Part shown: one piece after another, positions 53,834-64,000 of the stretch
How the letters are laid out: every line of letters begins with the position of its first letter
Position numbering within the stretch: the first letter of the stretch is position 1
Source of the DNA: Paramecium tetraurelia
Lineage: Eukaryota
Assembly (NCBI GenBank): GCA_000165425.1
Contig: CT868552.1
Span: 124,001 to 188,000 of the forward strand
Length of the DNA: 64,000 nucleotides
Direction: 5' to 3'
Notes under the pieces: generated by a model
Told to the model about the DNA's origin: nothing
The model's database searches: none
What the model saw: the letters and a program-made list of their open reading frames with translations, nothing else
Made by a program: the position numbers and the translations under genes

Positions 53834-56775
53834 ATGTTTTTTATTATAGCGTTTTTGTTTTTACATTTATAGCTATCTGTATATTCCAAGAATTTGAGAG
53901 ATAACTTATTAGTGGGATAGACTAAAAGATTCAACATTGAGAAGAACGATGAAAATATGATCTATGTTCATTTAATACCTCATTCTCATGATGATGTTGG
54001 ATGGCTCAAGACCTATGAAGAATATTATTATGGTTTGAATAATAAAGTGTAATGGGCTGGAATACAATACACTATTGATAGTGTTGTCAGATCATTATTC
54101 TTTGATTAGACCAAGAAGTTTATCTAAGTAGAAATTGCTTTTTTTAAATTGTAATTTGTTTAATAAATAATAAAGATGGTGGGATGAATAAAATGATGAT
54201 GCGAGAAATAAGACTAAATATTTAATTAAAAATGGATAATTGGAATTTATAAATGGAGGATGGTGTATGAATGATGAGGCTACTGCATACTATGAAGATA
54301 TTGTTGATTAAATGACTTTGGGACATCAATGGATCCTAGATCGTTTCTAAATTAAACCAACTATAGGGTGGTAATTAGATCCTTTTGGTCATACATCTGC
54401 ATAAGCTGAGTTATTTGCTCTCATGGGTTTTGATGCTTGGTTTTTCAGTCGTATAGACTATTAAGATATGAATTTAAGGAAATAGCAATAGAAGATGGAG
54501 TTGATATCTACGGTTGATCAATACTCCATATTTACACACATCAATTATAATCATTATGAAGCACCTCCTCAGTTTAGTTTTGACTCTTTGCATTCCTAAG
54601 ATCCGATTGTGGACAATTAAAATAGCATACATTACAATGTAGATAAAAGGGCAGAAGTATTAGTGGACTATTTTAAATCACAAAACTAAAGTTATTTAGG
54701 CAATGTCTTAATGCATACTTTGGGTACAGATTTTGGTTGGTCTAATGCTCCTATGTATTATACAAATATAGATCGTTTGATCAAATATATTAATGCCAAT
54801 AAGCAAAAATACAATATGCAAATTATTTATTCCACTCCATCTTAATATCTATAAGCTATTAACTAATTAAACTTATAATATCCAACTAAAGAAGATGATT
54901 TTATGCCATATGCTGATAGACCTAATGCTTATTGGACAGGATATTTCACAAGTAGAGTATCATTAAAATTGTTAATAAAATAATTAGGAAGATTTGCTTA
55001 AATTTAAAGAAGATTTATATCAACTTTGTTATTAAATGGCAAATCTTAGTATATATAAGTGAATCGCCAATAAATATTAGATGCTTAAAACATCTTGGAT
55101 CAAGCTTTGGCAACCAACTAACATCATGATGCAGTCACAGGAACAGCCAAACAACATGTTACAAATGATTATATTGAAATGTTATGTAATGGACATCACA
55201 AGATTAGTCAACAACTCTATCAAATAATGAAAGAACTTATTGAGTTTGAAATTCAAGATGAAACATCTCAAATAGTGTTTGAAGAATGCAATTTTAATTA
55301 AACTGCTTCATCTTGTAAACTTGTCTACGAATAATTAAAGAATGGAAATGCTGTTTAGATGAATATGATTGAAAATAAGAACCTTCCACTATAGGATTAC
55401 GTGAGAATTAAAGTACCTAAATTAAATCTGACCATCTATGATTAAACAAACAAAATCGTAATTGGTGATATTATTTGTATTAATAATGACGATGATTGTG
55501 ACTTGTATTTCATTTACAATAGAAATCCAAAATAAATTATTGAATATTTTAGAATATTACCAAATCAAGAAAACCCAAGTGCAATTATAGTTCCACCTCA
55601 AACAGAATCCTTAACATATAATAGTTTTTCAGATTACATTTCACTTAACAACTCTAAGTAATTCAAATTAACTTACAAATATTATATCTCATCAGAAGAT
55701 AAATAATATAGTGGTGCTTATATCTTTAGAACTAATGATGAAGCTCTAGAATTTGGAGAAATAAAAACACATAGATTATACTTAGGTAGGCTAATTCAAA
55801 TATTCTATATTGAGAGAGATTAAGTTCAAACTAAAATTAAGAAATTTGAACACATCGAAGATACATATGAAATTGAATCATATATAACTGATATACCAAT
55901 TCAAAAAGAAAATGGTAAAGAAGTAGTAATGATAATCTCAACAGACATTTAAAATGATGATACTTTTTACACAGATAGCAGTGGTATGAGATTGTAATAA
56001 AGGAAATTAAATTATAGACCTACTTGGGATTTGGAAGTTCATCAACCAGTAGCAGGGAACTATTATCCAGTTAATGGAATCTTGTAAATTTAGAATAATC
56101 AAACAGGAGAAGTTGCAGCACTTTTAAATGATAGATCATAAGGAGGCACAAGTTTACATTCAGGGGAATTGGAATTGATGATTCATAGAAGATTATTAAA
56201 GGATGATGCAAGAGGAGTTGGAGAACCCTTAAATGAGAAATAATCTAATGGTAGAGGACTAAATCAAAACTTTTAGCATACATTAACATTCTTTAATAAA
56301 AATAATTAACCTAATCAAGCAAGATATTTCTAATATCTTTAAGATTTAAAGCCAATTATTATTTTCAGTAATTGTAAAAATGAATTATTCCCTTAACCTG
56401 TGAAATCATTTAAAATTACATATCCAAGAGATTTAGAGAGAATGTTTACACCAAATAGTTAAGCTATTACAAAATTTTATCTATAAACTATTGGTGTTGA
56501 TTAATATATCTATCGAATTCATAACTTGGGAGAAGAAGGAACATTCTAAGTACCAGAGTTAGATTAATTTTAAATAGTAGAAACTACTCTGACAGCTAAT
56601 CAGTTGTGGACTGAATGGTTAGAGAAGAAATTAAGTAATATTTCATTTTATTGTAGATTGGAAAGTATAGGAAGGACTACAATAGCCGAAGGACTAACCA
56701 GTACACAATGAAACTGTGTTACCTTAACAACTAAGGACTTTCAGACTTACAAAAAAGAGTAATTCTAATTAATGA
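53834..56775 (+). CDS. MAN2B1: Lysosomal alpha-mannosidase (GH38)
   Basis: [99 protein letters not shown]. Confidence 0.96.
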
Positions 56776-56794
56776 GTATATAATAAAAATTATA

Positions 56795-58638
56795 ATGGCA
56801 TTTGTGTTTAGAAGTGAAGTTAAACCAGCATACATTCCAAAGACCGAAAATGTTGGACCTGGATAATATGAGCACAATTAAGAATCGGAATCAAAACAAA
56901 ATCTATATCCATTTAATTCAACGGTCCAAAAATCCACTAACCATAATTAAATAACCAAAGGACCAGGACCTGGGACTTATAATTTATAAGGATCTTTTGA
57001 AACTTAAAAAGTTATCTTCTCATCGGATGAATAAGAAATCAAGATTTTGGAAGTGCCTAAACCAATATCTGTATTCAGGTCAAGTACATTGAGATTTAAG
57101 GAAGAGCGATAAAATGGACCGGGGTATTTCAACTTAATCTAATATTTTAGTCCTAATCAATATTTTATAGAAGAGCGTAAAAAGTTCTATTAAGCAAATC
57201 CGAAACCTAAAATAAATGTAATGGAATAATTAGTGAAAGAAAACAAATATATTAGTATACCATCCATACCATCTAATTATCACCTTGGATATTAAGAAAA
57301 TTCAGGTTAAACCTTCTCTAATTCCTAGAATCAATCTTAGAACAAAATAATCCTTTGAATTTGTCCTAGGAAGTTGGACCTGGCTCTTATGATGTAAAAA
57401 GTAGTTTCAGTAACCAAAAACCAAGAGGAGTGTCTTGGCATAAATCAGCATAAAAGCAAAAATACATTGATACTGAGAATAAAGTTGGACCTGGCTATTA
57501 TGATATTATTACTAATTCTTAGCCGATGTATCAAATGAAACCAACAACATCCTTTAGTTCCAAATTAAGCAGATAATCAGAATTGAAATTTTTGAATCCT
57601 AAAAATAACTAAGGATACATAAAAAAAGGATTAGATAATAAATCATATAGCTTTCATCTTTCAACCAATTCTGGTACTACAGCTAGAGATTCAGACCTTG
57701 AATCAGAATATAGTTACATTGAAGTATCATACTAATCAATAATAGGATGCCACTCCAGGACCTGGTTACTATGAAAATGCTTCAACACAATAGACAATAT
57801 CATAAAATCTTAAATAATCTTAGATCAAAGGTTCAATAAGATCCAGGGCTAAAAGATTTCTGGCTAAATCAAATCAAATACCTGGTCCAGGAAGCTACAA
57901 AGTAGATGTAGTATAGCATAAACATTAAGTTACTTAACCACCCTTTATGATTGGCAGAACTCGTTTCGATGATAAAATATCAGAGACTCCTCCTCCCGGA
58001 AATTATAAAGTAATCAATACAATGGAAGAAAGATTAATATCAAGATTGGTAAAGGCACCTTTAGGTTAGTTTGGAGCGAATGATAATAGATTCAAGGATT
58101 CAAAGATGGAAGTACCTGGACCTGGTACTTATGAAATAATGGATGAAGAAAGAAGAAATAAATATAAAAACGGATTGAAAGGGACAGCAAGCTTTTTAAG
58201 TCATATACCAAAAATTTAAGAGTTGATTATTGCAGATAGGAATCTTTCACCTGTGTCATATCAATTGGATTAACATACAATAGAAAAAAGAATAGTCAAG
58301 ACAGAAGAGGATAATCCGAAATTAGCTGTAGTGAAGCCTCCATTTGGTGTAGGTGAGGAAAGATGGAAAATCAAAGAGGAGAGTGAAGAAGATGATGATG
58401 ATGAACCTATATATATGAATAAATCGTAGATTAATTCAATTAATTTATTCAAAAAGAGGAAAAAAGATTAGCCTCCTTTTTTGACTAAGGTTTTTAATTT
58501 GTTAATTTATTACAATAGGAGGAAAGATTTGCTTTCAGTGTACCAAAAGATTTTCAACCTGGACCATCAGACTATGCAGATGGAACTTTCCCTCATTGGA
58601 ATAAGAGAACTTTTAATCTCTTATTCGCAGAAATTTGA
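56795..58638 (+). CDS. SHIPPO/PGP-repeat axonemal protein (STPG/ODF3-like)
   Basis: Starts MAFVFRS; many (V/P)GPGxY repeats; ends WNKRTFNLLFAEI*. Confidence 0.88.
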
Positions 58639-58654
58639 AAATAATTTAATTATT

Positions 58655-59687
58655 ATGCTTAATTTCTTTTAATCGATTTGCTGCTTTTCCAATCGTGAGA
58701 AGCCTGATAAAGCAAACAGACCTATCTAAAAACCAGCTCAAACTATGTCTATTTAACCTGTAATAACCGAGAATACGTAGAGTCAAGTCTTAGAAAATGA
58801 TATCATAGAAACGGATTAATACCTTCAATTAGACAACCAATACTATATTGAATAACTGGAGTATAAATACATTCTTATTTCATCAGTTTCCAATCTTCTA
58901 GTGATATCCCATCTACTCAACAGCCTTCTGACTTCATGTTGTAGGAAGAAGGAATAAACTACTAACCTATGCAAGAAGAAGTTGAACAAAGTGCCAAAAA
59001 GGAACAAACTGCAACTAGAAAAGTATTATTCGTTTCTATTTCTATTAGAAAAGAGTACTCAAACTTTGGGACGCCACTGAAGATGCTCAATTACGCGTCC
59101 AGTATGAAAAACACAATGGGAAATGGAATGAAATTGCTAAGCACATGCCTGGAAGAAATGTCTCTTAATGTTGTTAAAGATGGAGAAGATTGCAACCAGT
59201 CAAGATTGTATTATATTTGTATTTATTTATAGATCAAAAGAAAATAATGGACTTAAGTAGAAGATGAAAAAATCCTTGAATTAGTCTAATAACATGGAAA
59301 AAATTGGAAATTGATCGCTTTACGTAAAAATTAATTCAACTATAGTGCCTTAGACTTTCCGGGTATTTTGAGTAAACAAATAAGAGAACGTTATATAAAT
59401 AAAATCGATCCTGAAATTAACACTGGACCTTGGACTGAAGCTGAAGATGCAACCATCATCAAATTGTATTAGGAATATGGAGGAAAATGGAGTCTAATTT
59501 CATCCCATCTGAAAGGGAGGCCTGTATGTTTATATATTTTAATCTCTAGGAAAATATGGTCAAAAATCGATTCTATTGTTATATCAGAAGAGTTCATCTT
59601 GGTGTTTAAAATCCATACTAGATTGTTTACCATGAGAATTCTGATAGTGAACAAGAAAATTCTAACGATGAAATGGAATTTGAATGA
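58655..59687 (+). CDS. Three-repeat Myb DNA-binding protein
   Basis: LWDATEDAQL...WNEIAKHMPGRNVSQCCQRW; QWTQVEDEKILELVQQHGKNWKLIA..KQIRERYINKIDP; PWTEAEDATI..YGGKWSLI..LKGRPENMVKNRF. Confidence 0.92.
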
Positions 59688-59960
59688 AATATTTCTAACC
59701 ATAATTACATTAAATTTAATTTGTTTTAATATGGGGGTTTGTTATTTTATAAAACCATTTTTTACATTATTTAATATATTTTACATTCTAAGTTATTTCT
59801 TAAATAAAAAATGATTTTGTTCATATTTTTATTACACTTATAAACTATTGCAATTTTCTCCAAAATATTATAATAATTATTTATAGTGAGTATATTATTT
59901 ATTGAATATCTCTCTCGTCACATAGATATTGATTATTTTAATGTATTTTAGAATAAGTTA

Positions 59961-61670
59961 ATGACAGAAAATGAAAAATAGTTTAATTAAAATGGACTAT
60001 TAATCATAAAAATTGGATAGAGAGAAATGTGGTAAGGATTCAAGAATTCTAAGTATCTTGGAATCTGGTGGTATGAAATTAAGCTCATAAAATAGAATAA
60101 ATACTACTTTCAACTTGTTTGTGGAAATTCAGCCATATTAATAAGTAGTAAGAAAGAATATTGTTAATAACTAATAAGAACATTTACAATATAACTCCTT
60201 AAAGTACACTTGTAAACTTCTTTTCAAAAGTTGTTTCAAGTGTAAGAGTGAAGAGGTATGACTGTTGAATAAAATCACTTTAGAAAAATTGCAATATAAT
60301 ATGTAGCAGGAGTCACAATAAGTAAATGTGGGTTTGAATTTGTTCTTCATGTACCAGATGAATATGATTATAGATACTCATCGTTAGATTTGTAAGAAAT
60401 TGAATATCTAAAGTAGTCGAGAAAAAATATTGTCTACTCTCTCTGATGTTTATTAAAAGATTTTAAAAAAGAGTCTAGCAATTTATCTTACTGATGATCT
60501 TACGCTGATTCCTTATACTACAACAAAGGTGGATGCTAAGAAAGGAATTTGCAGAATGCATGGCCATCCAATCAATATTGATCCATAAACTCTATCTAAT
60601 TTTGATTTTTCAACATTGAAAGCACCTGAAGATAATTAAAAGTAGTAGGTAATAAGGAAGAACTACATTTACTCTCAACATTACAACTTACTTAAATATT
60701 TATATTAAGGGATGTTAGGATAAGTGATCCTTGTTTAACACATAAAATCAGAGAAATATTATGTCTTCAAATTAATGTAGAAGCAGGATGTAATTACTAC
60801 TGATCACTTAAATCATGCCTAGATAGAGAGAAAACTATTGGAGACATTTGATCACCCTTTTATAATTAAATTAGTTTAAGCATTTGAGACAGATGATTAA
60901 TTAGTTTTTGTTTTGCCATTCTATTAAGGAGGTGATCTTTATACTCATTTAAAGAAGGAGACAAGATTAAAAGAAGAAAGAGTTAAATTCATAGTTGCAT
61001 AATTATTATTGGCTTTGGGTTATGTGCATGATCGTGATTATTTGTATCGGGATTTGAAACCTGAGAACATTCTCATGGATTCTAATGGGTATGTAGTATT
61101 AACAGATTTGGGATTGTGCAAATAATTGCCAAATAATCATCTATCCTATAGTTTTACGGGCTCTGCTGAGTACATTGCTCCTGAGATGATTTCTGCTACA
61201 GGTTACAACAGAATGATTGATTGGTGGATGTTAGGAATATTGGCCTATGAATTAATATTTGGAATCACTCCATTTTATTGTGATAATCAAAGTTAATTAT
61301 TTGAATCAATCCAAGAAAGAGAAGTGAGATTTTCGAATAATATTTCAATCTCTATTGAATGCAAAGATTTTATAACAAATCTTTTAAAGAAGGATCCAAA
61401 AGAAAGATTGGGATATAAAAGAGACTTCTTGGATTTATAACTACATTAGTGGTTTAAAGATTGTGATTTCAGAGAACTAATAAGAAAAACTAATTAAACT
61501 TGGAAGCTAAATTTGAATGATCCCTTAGATCTCAGGTTTTTCGAAACTGAAGATATAACTTATGGTATTAAATTGTGAATATTTTAGAATCTTTGAATGC
61601 TCAATAACAAGACAAAGCACTCATCTAAAAGTTTAATTAAGAATTTCAAAACATTGAATTCAATCTATGA
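59961..61670 (+). CDS. AGC-family kinase with N-terminal PH/TH1-like domain
   Basis: N-terminal [10 protein letters not shown]...[13 protein letters not shown]...[14 protein letters not shown]; kinase [41 protein letters not shown]. Confidence 0.9.
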
Positions 61671-61800
61671 TATTTATGTTGTATGTATGCATATTGATTT
61701 CAAATTGAAATTCATTTATCAAATATTAGATAACTTTGATCTGAGATGTATAATAAAAGCATGAAAAAACTTTCATGTTTTAAGAATATATATTAAAAAT

Positions 61801-62516
61801 TCATTTAATTTTCTTGACTATTCACTCATAAACTTAATCTTAGGATAACAGTTTCTTGAATGTTTTGTTTCCTATCTATTTTTCTGATGTTCTTGGGCTA
61901 AAGGGTCTAATATTATATCAGTATACTAATGTTACATTTCTTTTTTAAGAATTGCATTCACCATTAGAGTAGCATTTCTTTATGTCTATCTCCTAACAAA
62001 CTGACTTTTTTAATCGTTGTTTAATTCTGCTTAAAATTTGATCTAATCAGTCTCTTTGGTTAAGAAACTTAAACTCGATAATCTTCTCAATTATGGTCTT
62101 TTTTCATTTACTTATATATTTAAGTTTTCATATTAGAGTTTGTCAAATTTATTTCTTTCCTCTTACATAATTTTAAAATCGTTGTGATCTCTAGCATATT
62201 TCACTTCTTAATTTTTTACAATTGACAATCTTTTTGAAACTTTATTAAGTATTCCTCTCATTGAAGACATCTTATCAAACTCTTCCTTTTTGCGTTTCTA
62301 TTCTCGAATATAAATAATTTAATCTAATAAAGCCTTTCTTTGCATTTGATTTTCTAGAAATTTTAATGCTTTTGAAACCTATAGAGGATCAAAAGGATTT
62401 TTGAGTTCTTAAATGGCTTAATTCAACATATCTTTGTTTCTTTTTTGTTTAAGTAGATGTATTTTTTGAGAACAATTATATTTAGTCTCTGAAGTAGGAG
62501 TAAGTGATTTTTACAT
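61801..62516 (-). CDS. Hypothetical coiled-coil protein
   Basis: Starts MQKSLTPTSETKYNCSQK; K/Q-rich frame to TGA at 61801; a small intron is needed. Confidence 0.55.
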
Positions 62517-62528
62517 ATTAATTTTATA

Positions 62529-64000
62529 ATGAATTAACAAAAGCCTCCATCAAATTCAACGAAAAAAATAGATTAATCTGTTTCAACAATTACTAGGAAA
62601 TCACAATCTGCATCAAGAAAAGATTCATCTTTTTAATAGGCTGCTGTCAGATAAGTCTTAGTAGGCGGACAACCAGGAGTAATATAAAATTTAAAATTCC
62701 AAAGGATGGGTTATGGTGTTATTCTTAAGATTAGCCTTAAACAAATCTGGCTAGTATAAAGGATATTGACACACAGATGAATTAAAAGTTCAAGTAAATT
62801 GAATCCAATATTGAATCAGAAATAGTGGAAACTTTAAGATAATAATGTCATTAGTTAGGGTTAGATTTGGAGAATGTGAATGTTTAGAATTAAAATTTAA
62901 AGATTGATATCGCTTAATAAAATAAATACATAGATTAATAAACCAAAAAGCTTGAAACAGCAATGAAGGAAATTGAAAATTTAAGGAATGTTAAAGCATC
63001 TCTTTAATCTTAATGTGACACAATTAAAGATCTCTATAATAAAACTAAAAGGGATTTAGCAGGAGTGACTTAAGAATTAGAATAAGAAAGGAAAGAAAAT
63101 GAAGAGATGACTCAATAGATGGAAAAATTATAAGGATTATATTAAGAAATGTAAAAGGCAAATAAAGCAGAAGTTGATAATCTGAGAGAGCGAGTAGAAG
63201 AATTGGAAGAAGAGAATGAGGAATTTAAAAGAAAGTTATAAATAAAAGTTGAAATAGATAAGAGATTGGATTAAGAAAGTATGGAATGATTATTAATAGG
63301 AACTATCCAATAGAATTAATAGAAGTTAAATTTGGTATCTGAAAATGAGAGGAAATTAGAAAGAATGGGTAAGCTATTGGAAGAAAATGCTACTTTAAGT
63401 GAAAAACTAGGAGAGAGTGAAACATTAAGAAGACGATTTATGGAGAAAAATAATCAATATGAAAAAGAAATTAAAATTGTAAACCATCAAATTTATATTG
63501 TTTAGCTTGTAGAAAGCAAATTAGAAGTTGAAAAACAAATGGTAGCGTTAAAAAAAAGAGTAAATGATTTATAAGTAATGAAATCAACTAATCAAAAAAT
63601 ATTGGAAGATAAAATCAATAAATTATAAGAGTAATGTACTTAATAGCAGAAATAAATTGAAAAAATGAATCAAAAGTCAAAAAGAAACTAAACCTAATAA
63701 ATCCATCATCAGCAAAACTAAGAGGAGGAAACCTCAGATTATGAAGATGTTGAATCTAAACCATAACTCTTTGGGGCTTGATTAAAAGAATCTTATTTTT
63801 ATAAATATAATTATGTTATCATAGAAGGAATATTAAAGATTTACTCAAACTCAGCTATCTGAAGATCAATAAAATTTAGATACTAGTGCGTATTTTGAAT
63901 CACCATTATGCAGCAATAATCGATAGAGTATTAGAAATGTCTAAATTAGAGAGGTTCACTTTTACTATTGAAAACTCTGTTTTGAAGTCTTAAATTGACA
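62529..64000 (+). CDS. Coiled-coil protein, truncated by the window end
   Basis: Starts MNQQKPPSNSTKK; E/K/Q heptads with tiny introns; continues past 64000. Confidence 0.7.

Overview
AT-rich, gene-dense ciliate macronuclear DNA, almost certainly Paramecium (aurelia group). Only TGA acts as a stop, TAA/TAG read as Gln, and introns are tiny (about 21-37 nt, mostly GTA...TAG), so the supplied standard-code ORF track is fragmented. Hand translation with the ciliate code gives about 38 protein-coding genes plus a U2 snRNA gene. Recognisable genes: aspartic protease, calcineurin A, two tandem PH + permuted papain-like amidase paralogues, organellar TrpRS, Mei2-like RRM, RPT4, COQ2, TRAFD1/XAF1-like, TLC, putative Rad9, B9D2, SEN1/UPF1-like helicase, MORN protein, a 7.1-kb Cys-rich surface protein, TOP3A, a miniature NOMO-like protein, PTEN, TFIIS, truncated hemoglobin, two kinases, MFSD1-like, GH38 alpha-mannosidase, SHIPPO-repeat protein and a three-repeat Myb. 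Best leads: the active/Cys-to-Ser PH-amidase pair, the mini-NOMO, the twice-frameshifted surface gene with a (Ser-Gly)30 tract, a divergent TFIIS, a Phe-flap aspartic protease head-to-head with calcineurin, and 12-27 bp divergent spacers. Gene models are manual, exon boundaries were only partly checked, and family calls rest on motif recall rather than database searches.
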